This document shows, one piece after another, positions 1-11,206 of a DNA stretch of 64,000 nucleotides; position 1 is the stretch's first letter; each line of letters starts with the position of its first letter. The stretch is taken from contig NC_092676.1 of NCBI RefSeq assembly GCF_964355755.1, forward strand, positions 20,230,871 through 20,294,870, written 5' to 3'. The notes beneath the pieces are model-generated. The model did not search any database. It had not been told where the DNA came from and was given only the letters and a program-made list of their open reading frames with translations. The position numbers were made by a program, and so were the translations under genes. The stretch is from Antedon mediterranea. Taxonomy: Eukaryota; Animalia; Echinodermata.

Positions 1-70
1 ATAAACCAAATCGCATGGGCACATTACACTTTTCTTGTCAAACTAGTTTGATAGTGTAGACAGAGCTTTA
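1..70. mobile_element. Right end of MITE family A (TIR AGCTCTGTCTACACTATCAAACT)
   Basis: AGTTTGATAGTGTAGACAGAGCT-TTA; the same family recurs at about 2750, 50800, 59686 and 61850. Confidence 0.75.
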
Positions 71-242
71 CAATAGGATTATGAGCTCCGGAGATCAAAG
101 GGTTTATCTGTGGCTGCGACATGATCCCCTTAACAACACTGTGCCACAGAGAATGTACATAGTACAATACTGTTGATGTTTTGTTGCAGCCATACATAAG
201 ATCAAAGGACTGTTACAAGTGTCCTGTTGTTAGATTGCCTTG
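71..242 (+). mobile_element. Dispersed repeat family B (CAAGGCAAT...ATTGCCTTG TIR element), 5'-truncated
   Basis: GAGCTCCGGAGATCAAAG..TTATCTGTGGCTGCGAC also at about 5129 and 9048; the end CCTGTTGTTAGATTGCCTTG also at about 14970 and is complementary to CAAGGCAATGTAACAACGGG at 9023. Confidence 0.65.
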
Positions 243-287
243 ATTAGTTTGTGGGATCATATTCCAACATAATTTATATCAACTTAC

Positions 288-353
288 TTGAACTACAATG
301 CCTTTGTCTTGATACTCATAATGGAGGCATTGTGATAGAAAGTTTACATATGC
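288..353 (-). CDS. HSD17B12: HSD17B12-like exon 8 (66 nt); gene continues beyond the left edge
   Basis: ttcatag acceptor and CAA|GTAAGT donor; AYVNFLSQCLHYEYQDKGIVVQ. Confidence 0.93.
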
Positions 354-405
354 CTATGAATAAAAACAAAATACTTTAATATAAAAACTGGCATCTTTCT
401 GTTAA

Positions 406-1261
406 CCCTTTCACTGCGGAGCGTTATTCCCACCTCTGTGCATAATATATATTTAAGAAAAACATATGATATTTTAATTAATTGCAAAAAAATACTAATT
501 GAGATAATTGTGTAATTATTTTTGTGGTGTGTGATGGGCAAAGGGTTAGTCTACAGTTAGGTATTAAAAAAAAAGTAATTTGCATATTGATGACGTCATG
601 TGACGTCATTACAGGTATTTTGGATTTCGTTTTTTTTATCAAATCAATGATAAAAACTATATTTTCTATAAGAAATTCTTATGGAATACGTTTTTCCAAC
701 TGGATATTGATGAAGATACGTATAAAAAATAAAAATATAAAAAAAAATTTAATTATTTTTATTGTTTTATAAAAATTATGCACAAATCAAAGTTTTGGGT
801 CAAAATCGTGAAAATAATGACATTTTCGAAAAATTCCCTATAGTACAAAAACTAACTATTTTTTCAGAATTTTTTTTTTTTGCGTGTTGTGATAAACACC
901 ATGTTGCCCTATTGGAGCTGGTAAATTTGTGTTACTTTCAAAATGGCCGCCATTACGCTACTCAACACAACTTTCCAAGATAGAAATACTATTATATACT
1001 ATACTATATATAATATAACTATAGAGGGCGCATTATTTTCAAGACGATAATACAACTATAGAGGGCCGTTTTTTTTTGCTGGAAAATTTTTTTAATGACT
1101 TCCAAAAATATTCAAGTTCATCAAAAAAATACAGAGGGTGCTATATATTATAGGCAAATACGATTAAATCATTGTTTTGCCCATACCCGGTAATACCGGG
1201 TATACGTATTTCAACGACGTCTGTTTATACCCGGTAGTACCGGGTATACGCAGTGAAAGGG
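406..1261. mobile_element. Non-autonomous piggyBac-like DNA transposon
   Basis: TTAA|CCCTTTCACTGCG ... CGCAGTGAAAGGG|TTAA: perfect 13-bp TIR and TTAA TSD; two subterminal palindromes ATACCCGGTA(A/G)TACCGGGTAT; no transposase ORF. Confidence 0.88.
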
Positions 1262-1582
1262 TTAATTTTACAACTTAACACAACACCTGCATTTTGTATG
1301 GTGTGCAATTTTGGTGTGTGTAAACTCTGGCGAGTTGAAAGAGTTACTAGACAACCAAATGTTTTGTAATTTTTGTATTTTTTTAATGTCTTAATGTCAC
1401 ATAATAGTTATCAAATTTGAAGCAAAAATAAAAATTGCTATAAATTAGCAAACCGTCTTTTTATTTTCTATGGGAGTGATTTATTTTAACTGCAAAATGG
1501 TCTGATTTGATTAACCTTCATTTGTTCAAGTATTTGGGGGATAATACATCATTAACACATAGTACACTAAACACAGTTTTAC

Positions 1583-1664
1583 CTTGGTTGCTGAGTAAAG
1601 AGCTAAAAGTGGACATGTTGATAAACCAGACGCGGACGACACATTGATGATTGCTCCTTTCCGC
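1583..1664 (-). CDS. HSD17B12: HSD17B12-like exon 7 (82 nt), catalytic site
   Basis: RKGAIINVSSASGLSTCPLLALYSATK with the catalytic Ser and YxxxK motif (YSATK); AG/GT bounded. Confidence 0.95.
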
Positions 1665-1762
1665 CTTTAAAGAAAAATTAAATTAAATTTACTCTACAGA
1701 TCTAATAATACTAATATATTCCATATTTTTATAGTAGAGAATAGCAGTTAGTAGTGAATAAG

Positions 1763-1885
1763 TAGAGAGCAAGGGGAGGGGTTTAGAGAGCAAGAGGGAG
1801 GGGTTTAGAGAGCAAGGGGGAAGGGGGTTTGATGAGCAAGGGCAGGGGTTTAGAGAGCAAGGGGGAGGGGTTTGGTGGGAGGGTG
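1763..1885 (+). repeat. Degenerate G-rich ~22-bp tandem repeat
   Basis: About 5 copies of AGAGAGCAAGGGG(A)GGGGTTT. Confidence 0.7.
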
Positions 1886-1960
1886 TTAACAGATTAGCTT
1901 TTTAATTGAAATACTGTACAATACAATCAGTAATACCAACAAAAGAAAACACACACAAAC

Positions 1961-1995
1961 CTTGTTTCCATTTGTGGAAGACAAATTGCAATCAT
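1961..1995 (-). CDS. HSD17B12: HSD17B12-like exon 6 (35 nt)
   Basis: tttatag acceptor and AG|GTTTGT donor; MIAICLPQMET(R), the SDR LPxM segment. Confidence 0.9.
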
Positions 1996-2269
1996 CTATA
2001 AATATAAAATGTATAATGTTTAGGAATTAGTTTTAATATATAATAATTAATAATAATAAATTTAATCATTTATACTGTACATACAGTACAAGGAGAGGGA
2101 AGACAGATGGTGGAATGGTAAAGGAACCAGGATGGCATGGAGTCCAATACCTGCCTCTACAATTGTTGTTTGTGAACAGTGATACTACTGGGGCCATCTA
2201 GAATAAATGTTATTACTCGGTCATTTTTGGATCTAACATGTATGGAAATATACTTCTATAATGCAGCTA

Positions 2270-2450
2270 GTAATCAGCGTCAAGTTGTGTCTTGACCTAA
2301 CCAGGTACCCATCTGTACACCTGGGTGGAGAGGTAAATGTAAGTAAAGTGTCTTGCCTAAGGATAAAAGCAATGTGACAAGCATTGGATTCGAACCCATG
2401 ATCTCATGATCAGAAGTCCAACATCTTACACACTGCACCACACGCCCTCA
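2270..2450 (-). mobile_element. tRNA-derived SINE (MIR/CORE-like)
   Basis: Minus strand: A-box-like GTGGTGCAGTG, B-box GGTTCGAATCC, then TCCTTAGGCAAGACACTT resembling the MIR CCTTGGGCAAGTCACTT segment, and CCACCCAGGTGTACAGATGGGTACC. Confidence 0.7.
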
Positions 2451-2751
2451 CAAGTTTGCAAGAACATTCCATCACATCATTTAAAAACCCATCTTTTTTC
2501 TTTTTCTTTGTAATTTCTTTCTGTTTTTTCTCTCAATCTTTTGATTATATAAGCGCTTTATAAATCATTAACATTACAGTATATTAATATGAAAAATATT
2601 CAAAGGCCAAGTTTTTTACCGGATATGAATCTAGAAGCAGCAAAATAGTACTTAAATTAAAGACTATGTTCAAAATTAGAGATTACATAACAATGTCAGT
2701 TGACCTCAATTATATTTAAAATGTTTTTACAAACTTCTCTGCACACAGGTG

Positions 2752-2891
2752 TCTATGTTTTGTACACACTATCAAACTTTGTGACAAAAAAATGTGATAT
2801 GCCCATATATGGACATGATGATGTCATATCACTACCATATATTGGCATATCACTTTTTTTTTACTAGTTTGATAGTGTAGACAGAGCTTAA
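2752..2891. mobile_element. MITE family A copy
   Basis: ACACTATCAAACT ... AGTTTGATAGTGTAGACAGAGCT with the shared internal CCCATATATGGACATGATG. Confidence 0.75.
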
Positions 2892-3944
2892 TGGTCTGCT
2901 TGCTATTAGTAGCTTTATTTTTTTGCAATGAAAATAAAACATTAACAAATATCCTTTTAATGGTCGCAATCCGTTGTCTATCATAATCGAAGAAATATTT
3001 TAATGCAACTATTACGGTTTTGATCCTCGTAGCTATAATCACATGATGTTATTTTGACCAATCATGGTCTCTTATTTACATAGGTTATTCATATACTAAA
3101 GATAATAATCTTCTAATGGTACTAAGATGCTTTCTATTTGAGATTTTGACAATATTCCATTTCATAAAGAAAACTTTCATTGAGATAAAAAAAGGAAGCA
3201 TTTGATCCATTACTACTATTATATAAAAATCTCTACATTAATTACAGATATGCATTTTTCTCCTGTCCTTCCCATTGTATTTTGTTTAATATCTAAAGTG
3301 CATTTCCAATCTTAGAATATGAGAATGAGAGGATATTAAAATGTATATGAATGGTGATCTTTTCTTTAGTCAAATTTTTTAGATTTTTAAAATCAATTTA
3401 ATTTATGAAATTAAAATTAATTATTTACCTTTTTCACATGACCTTCATGTTAAGAATGAGGATGTACAAAATTAGGACACAAGTAGCATTAGATAGTTCT
3501 TGTTTATGAATAACCAATTAGTCAGTAAACTAGATTGTATAGTATAGTAAACTGGATTAATAGATCAAAGTATTGAAAAAGTCATTTATACAATGATCAC
3601 TCATCTTTATTTGACATTGGACAAATATTGGAACAATAAACTATTTTTAATAAACAGGTAAAATGTTATACAACCATAGAGATAATAATCGAAGGCTAGA
3701 GGGAGTACTCGTGACTGGAAAGTGATTGCAACAGGAAGGGGAACCAACAAGATGGCGACAGTAAATCCGTTATTATAAATATTACGTTATGTATCATACG
3801 TGAGAATGTAAAGAATACTTCTCACATTTATATGGTCAACACAGGTCGATTGCAGTTGTCATCTTCTTGGTTCTCTCCATGAAGAATCACTTTTTGAACT
3901 GCTAAAATTGGGGTCCGCCCTCTAGCCAATCTAATAAAAGTTCA

Positions 3945-4297
3945 TTGTATAGAGTATCACGGTGTGACGTCACAACAAAAGAGGGCGCTGTATGGTTGCT
4001 AGCAAACCAAAAAATGCGTTCAACGCTACTATGTTGATAAACTGTAAAGATCTGTATTTGTATCAAATTATGTATCTTAGATTGATTTTTTAAAACTTAA
4101 ACTGTAGTTGAAGAATAAATAGATTATTAAAAACAAATGTTTATTGATCTTTTGAAATTTTAGTTTGTTTTTATTGAAAATTATTAAGTTTTAAAATGAC
4201 TACTTCAATAAGCCTATTCCAAACCATTGGTGACCTTGGAGTCACTCAGGCAGGTTGAACGCATATTTGTGACGTCACACCGTGATACTCTATACAA
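3945..4297. mobile_element. MITE with ~31-bp perfect TIR
   Basis: TTGTATAGAGTATCACGGTGTGACGTCACAA ... TTGTGACGTCACACCGTGATACTCTATACAA. Confidence 0.85.
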
Positions 4298-4312
4298 ACA
4301 TAGTTCACTTAC

Positions 4313-4357
4313 CATTGACATGGACAAACAGTTACAGTTAAGCATATCAACAATTTT
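4313..4357 (-). CDS. HSD17B12: HSD17B12-like exon 5 (45 nt)
   Basis: tttcctacag acceptor and ATG|GTAAGT donor; KIVDMLNCNCLSMSM, phase 0-0. Confidence 0.9.
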
Positions 4358-4825
4358 CTGTAGGAAAAATAAATCAAAATTCAGTGTTTATTTAATACAG
4401 TTATTTTCATAATATTTTTACACAGAAAAAAATATCTTTGCCTAAACGCTGTTATGAAGAGCTACACTGACATAGACCCCAATTACTAGAAGACTGCCTC
4501 TTGGATGCGACTGGCATCAGTGGAAGGAACAAAACTGTACTGTACTGTAGACCCTAATTACACTTAGATTGGGCCAGGCTATAAGTCGGCAATTGGTACT
4601 GTAATTGTAAATACTCCAGAGTTAGGTCAACCTTAGGGCAGCCACTCAGATCTTGGGACCACCTCTCAAGGAGCTTATAAGTGGGCCAGCGCATGCAGTG
4701 AACTATGACCACTTGCTTGAGAAATGAAGTAATAAATTGTCAGTGTGTAAATATGGTCATACAGTATAATAATAATAATAGACAGGCTAGTGATATTAAC
4801 AAGTTAACAACTGTGTATTCGTTAC

Positions 4826-5001
4826 CTGTTTAACATTTTCAAGCTCAAGGAAATAGTTGGGGAATGGATAGGACATGCCAACATTATTCACCAGTACCCC
4901 AATCTCTAAACCATCTAACTGTGTTTCAATGTCACCGTAGATTTCTGGACCTTTACAAAAATCCACTGCAATAACACGAGTTTGCACTTTGTATCGGCTC
5001 A
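4826..5001 (-). CDS. HSD17B12: HSD17B12-like exon 4 (176 nt)
   Basis: cacag acceptor and CAG|GTAAC donor; VSRYKVQTRVIAVDFCKGPEIY...LEIGVLVNNVGMSYPFPNYFLELENVKQ with the SDR NNAG-like motif NNVG. Confidence 0.95.
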
Positions 5002-5109
5002 CTGTGAATAACAATGATAGAGAGATGTGATGACTAAATCACTTACCCCAAATGAATTTGCTTATTTCTACTATTCGGCAGTGTTGAGGCAAAACACCAT
5101 ATGCCTCTC

Positions 5110-5178
5110 AATCTAACAACAGGATACTGAGCTTCGGAGATCAAAAGAATTATCTGTGGCTGCGACACAATCAATTCC
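5110..5178 (+). mobile_element. Family B fragment
   Basis: AATCTAACAACAGGATACTGAGCTTCGGAGATCAAAAGAATTATCTGTGGCTGCGAC. Confidence 0.6.
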
Positions 5179-5312
5179 ATGGCTCTTACTGACATAAAAT
5201 TTGTCCCTTGTGTGTATGAATAAATCTATTTTGTACTTTAATGGGTGGTTGGGCCATGCAATATTGAGAATTTGTAACAAGATACAGTCTCGATTTTGAA
5301 TTTTTACAGTAC

Positions 5313-5388
5313 CTATTTCAGAGGCTGTTTCTTCCAGTTTAGACATTGTCCTACTGATGAGAACCATATTCAATCCCATCTTTGCAAG
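5313..5388 (-). CDS. HSD17B12: HSD17B12-like exon 3 (76 nt)
   Basis: AG/GT bounded; LAKMGLNMVLISRTMSKLEETASEI, typical (V/L)LISR...KL segment; phase consistent with neighbours. Confidence 0.93.
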
Positions 5389-5612
5389 CTACAAAAAAAA
5401 GGAAAATAAAAAATAAGCATTATACAAAATACAAAGTACTGTACTAACTGTAGGTGAATAAAGTTGTTCAACTAAAGTACAACATTTATATAGCTAAATT
5501 TCACGAAGAACAATGCGCTTAAAAAACCAACATAAATGTTCCTTTGCCCAACTGAACAATATTTAAAGTGTATTAATTAATAGACTTGTTTGCCTTTACC
5601 ATAAGTACCTAC

Positions 5613-5659
5613 CTGTTCAGCATATGCCTTACCAATACCATCTGTGGCTCCAGTTACAA
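5613..5659 (-). CDS. HSD17B12: HSD17B12-like exon 2 (47 nt)
   Basis: ttttgcag acceptor and GTAGGT donor; encodes VVTGATDGIGKAYAEQ containing the SDR Rossmann TGxxxGxG motif. Confidence 0.95.
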
Positions 5660-6339
5660 CTGCAAAATTAAGTAGTCACCATTTTTAGATTTAATATTTA
5701 GGAATGTAGAAAGAGAATAAATCAATGCAATGTTACATCAACGTAGGGATATAACACACTGTAACTACACATATAGAACTCATATTCTGCTCTGGTTACC
5801 AAGTAAAATTTTGTGTTTTTTTCGATGAATTTTAGGCAATCAAAACAAATTGTTTTCAATCATACAGTGATGTAGGTCTAGGCCAATATTTTAAGGCTTA
5901 ATCTACTAAGGGCATTTTACAGTAAATTTTTACGATATTTTAATTAACATGGTGTACTGAAATTCACTGTTTTTTACGCTCGGCTGGTCATGAATGTTTT
6001 TTTTTTCATCTCTCTCATCATGGCCTCTCTGCGCAGCAGCACAAAGGTGTACTCTACTACTACTAGCTAGGCTAGTACTACTATAGCTCTATCTAGGTAG
6101 GGCCCAAACATAATAAGGGGCCTATAATAGTCCCCTAAATGTTTTATAAATAGAGTAGGCTAGGTCTAGACCTTTATTTAGAGTAGGCCTGATGTGGTAG
6201 TTATCATTTTCATAGGTAGGCTTCTTTTATGTTTTACCCTAGGCCTACTTGGACGCCAGTCGTTTGTTTAATTCTCACAGTAAGACGCCGAGTTGAACGC
6301 GTTTCTTTCGCTAACACACACACACTTTCATTACCATAC

Positions 6340-6502
6340 CTGCCCATTTTCCAAGCTTAGCTAGATTTGTGTTTAAACCCAAAGAACGGCTAAAAAAGTA
6401 CGCCTTTAATGCACGGATAATAGAAAGTAGTATCTTGAAAGCAAGATAACTGGCAGTGACTGCTCCAAGCGCAGCAAATGCTTGGTTCAATTCAATAAAC
6501 AT
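6340..6502 (-). CDS. HSD17B12: Very-long-chain 3-oxoacyl-CoA reductase (HSD17B12-like SDR), coding exon 1
   Basis: MFIELNQAFAALGAVTASYLAFKILL...LAKLGKWA with a hydrophobic N-terminal anchor; donor G|GTATGG (phase 1) joins in frame to exon 2 to give WAVVTGATDGIG. Confidence 0.92.
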
Positions 6503-6584
6503 GATGCAAAGTTTGCAGCATGCAGCCTGTCATCCAGCTACTAGCACAGCGTGAAAAAAGAGAGATAGAAAAAAAAGTGTTTTA

Positions 6585-6596
6585 TGCGCATGTGCA
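6585..6596. promoter_or_regulatory. NRF1-like motif in the HSD17B12 proximal upstream region
   Basis: TGCGCATGTGCA about 85 nt upstream of the ATG; one mismatch to the NRF1 consensus TGCGCATGCGCA. Confidence 0.4.
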
Positions 6597-7313
6597 AAGT
6601 AGGCCTATTTTGTGTCCCTCCTCCTACTATCTGATCTAACTCGCAACCATCAATCCTGGCCCTCCCCACCTTCTGTCTAAAACGCCAAACCCCCTACCTA
6701 CCTCCAGAAGATATTCTTGTTATGCATAAAAAAATATTGCACAATTATTATACCTTAATCGATTTAGGTATAGTAAGCTGCGTTAATATGAATCATAGTA
6801 TAATGTGTAAGGTAGCCTATGGGCATAAAAAACCCATAAACCAGTGTAATCCAACTCATTTTATGAACACGTTCCGACCAAGTAGGCTCCGGTAGATATA
6901 GGAAAATAAAATATAATTCAATTATAAATGATAGACTTGAAGAAAGAAGAAGAAATTATACAATGTCGACATAATCATTTCATCTTAGTCTACCGTACTG
7001 TTCTCTTGACAGTACTTCTACAACCGGCACGGCCGTTTCTTCTTGATTTAAAATCGCTATAGGGGATTATACCGGTCCACCATGTTTATCATCCTGAATA
7101 TCGTGCAAAACAAGCATTTTCTAAATTGAATAAACGAGCTTTCTTTCAATTATTCCAAAACTATTGTTTTTTTTATTGAAAAATAATCACTGTAATTAAT
7201 TGTAGTGGATCACCTAATTTATACAAATCGTGTACTTTAAAAAAAATGTTTTTTCCGACGAGTTAAGTAGGGTGTGGCCTACTAGTTCATTACTTGCGTT
7301 CGTGCACGTAGGA

Positions 7314-7852
7314 GGAAGAATAATGACGTCGTTAATTTAAAAGCATTATTAATATTAAAATACTTTGGCCTAAACGTAATCTTAGCATTTTAGTAATGAT
7401 ACAATTATTATTTTATATCATTTATATAAAGGCTAAATGATAATTAAAACATAATCATTGTATCAAATTAATTAATGTTGAGGTTTGTATTTTAAAAGAA
7501 GAATAATAACGTCGTTAATAATTTTTAAAAAGCATTATTAATATCAAAATATTTTGGCCTAAACGTAATCATTACTATAGTAATGATACAATGATTATGT
7601 TATATCATTTATATATAAATGATATAACATAACCATTGTATCAAATTAATTAATGTTGAGGTTTGTATTTTAAAAGAAGAATAATGACGTCGTTAATAAT
7701 TTTAAAAAAGCATTATTAATATCAAAATATTTTGGCCTAAACGTAATCATTACTATAGTAATGATACAATGATTATGTTATATCATTTATATGATATAAC
7801 ATAGGCTTAATCATTGTATCAAATTAATTGATGTGAGGTTCGTATTTTAAAC
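7314..7852 (+). repeat. Three tandem copies of a ~180-bp AT-rich unit
   Basis: AAGAATAATGACGTCGTTAAT...TTTGGCCTAAACGTAATC...GAGGTTTGTATTTTAAA starting at about 7315, 7497 and 7675. Confidence 0.9.
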
Positions 7853-8547
7853 TGACCGTTCGATAAAGAAATCCCCACATCCTCATTATTACTTGTTTGA
7901 CCAAGCGACTAGGCCAGACCAGTATGCATGTTAAAATTATTAAAAAATTAATCAATTTGTATTGTAATATCGCTTGTAGGCCAATAAACAAAATAAACAA
8001 AACAATTGTTAACTTTTAAATTGGATAACGTGTTTGGATGTTCTCATTTATCACAAAATATACTTTGTTAGTATACGGTATACCTCATATTCTTTTTTCA
8101 ATCCGTCTCTGTCAAACCTGCTCAAAACGTATTTTGGGCTGATCAAAAAAAAAAAAGAATCGATGCGTTTCATATACAGTTTAACAATAATTTATGTTAT
8201 TATAATTTAATTAATGTAATGATTAAAAGCAAGCTACCGGCCTAGGTATTATTTTGATTGAAGGTTTTATGTTTTCCCTATATTGTTGTTGTAGGCCTAC
8301 ACAATACAATATATTGATTTTTTTTAAACGAATATCTTAACAATAATGATAAATTCATATTCCTTTCACCGTATGTAATTATTCTGTAAAGAATGAATAT
8401 AAGTTGAATGGAGATAATCATTTCATGAATTGTTCTCTTGATCGAACCGCAGCCGATTTGAATTGAACAGTCAGGCTTTGAACCGAATGGAAATATTCTC
8501 CCTACTCAACGAGTACCGTACATCATGTATGATACCACCAAACTTTA

Positions 8548-8750
8548 CTGTTAAATTCTAGATTGTGAGGCATTTGATGAATAGACAAACTGCCTTAAAA
8601 TACCGTGACATGTTTCGGAAAACTATTCTCATCATCAGAACTAGGAGTTGATTTCTGTTCTGATGATAAGAATAGTTTCTCGAAACATTTCATAGTTTTT
8701 TAAGGCAGTTTGCCTATTCATCAAATGCCTCACAATCTTGATTTCAACGA
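8548..8750. mobile_element. ~200-bp palindromic element with hammerhead-like cores (Penelope-like-derived)
   Basis: Arms AGATTGTGAGGCATTTGATGAATAG.. and ..CTATTCATCAAATGCCTCACAATCT; each arm contains CTGATGA-T-stem-GAAAC. Confidence 0.7.
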
Positions 8751-9021
8751 ATTAAAAAATGTTATGTTGTAGATCAGTATTCTTGAACATGTTACTTCTC
8801 AATTCCATTGTAATTCCTTAATTATAAAGTAGACCAATTTAACACAACTGTCGACGGTACAGTAAAAGTGACAGTAGGCCGGCAGGTTTAACTCGCTTTT
8901 CAGTAGGCCTAGTCGGTGTGAAATACACTCATTTACTTGCAATGTGAATTGTACACTGAAGTTATTTATATGTATTTATTCATTATAAGGAAGCTTTCGA
9001 TTTGCAATGACGTAGGATCTA

Positions 9022-9190
9022 CCAAGGCAATGTAACAACGGGATGCTGAGCTCCGGAGATCAAAGAGTTTATCTGTGGCTGCGACATGATCAGTTCAACA
9101 CCCCCTTATCAGAAACCGTGGGCCGCGTGGCGGAGAATATGTGCATAGTACAGTTACTGTTTATTGGCAGTTCTAATCTTCGCAAGGCGA
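9022..9190 (+). mobile_element. Family B copy (left end)
   Basis: CAAGGCAATGTAACAACGGGATGCTGAGCTCCGGAGATCAAAGAGTTTATCTGTGGCTGCGACATGATC. Confidence 0.65.
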
Positions 9191-10851
9191 AAAAAAAGTA
9201 AGTAAAAAAGAAATGTATTTGACCAATTCTTGTATTGTTGAGTTACATTTTTTTACCAGAATATATAAGCTTATCATGATAGTCATGGTATCTTTATTTT
9301 GTCCAGAAATTTATTTTGAAAACTGGCTTATCATAAAACAGTAAAAAATACACAGAAAAATAGCACCAACAAGAAGGAGACCACAACACTGTTATTTGTT
9401 CTTATGTGTTGCTGTTCAAAATTGTAGCCTGATCGTTAACGTTATCAACACAGATTATTTAAAGAAGATAGAAAACCCGTATTATTTTGATTCCTGTTAT
9501 TTATTCATGGGTCCCAATTAAAGAAAGAAACCACTTAAATGTTATTGCACGAGTCACTTAATTAGTAGTATTTAACTAAAGGCCCTATCATTATCTGAAT
9601 TAAACCTTTAGACCATCCCTCTGTTAATTATGCTGATTACTGTCAATTAATTCGCACCTTCCACTTGCGCCAATTCCGCAAAACAACACGTGATAACTAC
9701 TTCCTTTGTGGCTACACTTCCAATTTTTGCTAACGAAGGCGAGACTCTGCGTAATCATCGGTTAGGATGTAAAAATGTATTAATTTAATAGGTAAGTTAG
9801 AATGTATCATCAATTCTAGTTGAAATTCGAGGTCAAAGTCGTCACGAACTATGATTAAAAATATACAAAGCATTTTCGAAAGTGACATCTGATGAGAACC
9901 GGATCATTGACAAATTTCATAAAATGTGCTTCATATTATGTAACACCTAGTATTATATACCTAACCTTGATACAGGCACTAAATGTGATACACATGTGAT
10001 GGAATTATTACTATTTTATAATAATAATTTATCCGTAATTATTACGGATTTTGCCTCTATAATTATTTTATGTGGAAATACAAAAAAAAAACTTTAAACA
10101 AATTGATTGTTTTGATATTGAATTAGATATTTAGGCCTAAAACCTTGTGAATGTTATATATTTTTTAAGCAAATGACTCGACTCGACTCCATACACTACA
10201 TAGGCGCGCATAGTTGGACACAAAGATGCCCGGTAATGTACCACTTGACTTTCTAAAATCTGTGAATGCGCCGAAAGGTTTGTCATTAAGACGATTTTCA
10301 GAATAGCAAAAAGGAATGAATGAGTTTTAACAAAGGATTATAAATATATTTCTTTTTAGTGCAAACTTTGCTTCTCTTCGTCATGTCACGTGCACTTTTT
10401 ACAGTCGATTAATCAGTATAGGCTATACATCTAACAATAAATAAATTAAATTATGATAGTACATTTTATAAGGCTAACATAAATGTCAGGTGCACTCTTA
10501 CACCATTTGATTTTCTCTAAAGTAATCAACAGATACCGTATAGACGCGATGATAACTTACATTGTGTTTCCCTCTCCAAATGGAACCTAATTGCTACAAT
10601 TTGGTCCTTATAATTATAACTTCAATCTTTACTTTTTAGAAATAATCGATGTGTTATTAAAACATTAGGCATTCATTTTCCATCTTCTTTTTAATCAGCA
10701 AAGTGTGTGTTATCATAAAAAACTACCTTTTACGATGAATTTTTATCCTAATTACTGGAAATTGTTCAAAATGAACGAAATGAATGAATAGATTTGAATC
10801 CAATTGTTCAGTCTTTGACGACACATTCTGATTTTGTGAATAATAAACACT

Positions 10852-11206
10852 TGCGCATGCGCAATAAAAGGCAAATGTATGTATATAATAACGTGTTAGA
10901 CCCTCACACTTGAGAGATTGGCCAGCATGGTTTAAAAGCTGATTTGAAGATAACACATTCTATCACCCCAGCCGTTTTAGGTTACCAGGTACGTTAACAT
11001 AAAATAATATTCTGTAAAACAAAATGTGCTATAATTAATAACGGATATACAAAAAGTGACTTGCGCATGCGTAGTATAATATAGGGATTTCTGAATATAA
11101 GACGTCTACTTTTTGGAGAGATTAAGTTATTTAGTTCGTAAGCTGATTTGATGAAGAAGAGGTAAATGCTTTCGCTAGAAAATTAATCATTGGTTTGCAG
11201 GTATGT
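10852..11206 (+). promoter_or_regulatory. Candidate promoter and non-coding first exon (possibly of GPCR-1)
   Basis: Perfect NRF1 site TGCGCATGCGCA (10852-10863), near-perfect TGCGCATGCGTA (11062), AT-rich TATAATA, donor CAG|GTATGT at 11201; an acceptor lies at 15187, just upstream of the GPCR-1 ATG. Confidence 0.35.

Noticed and set aside
83-127. Intronic snoRNA (motif repeated in two HSD17B12 introns)
   Set aside because: Also found outside the gene (9048) and linked to TIR-like ends; no clear C/D or H/ACA boxes on the host strand.
9886-9915. Third hammerhead candidate CTGATGAGAACC
   Set aside because: No helix II closed by GAAA follows.
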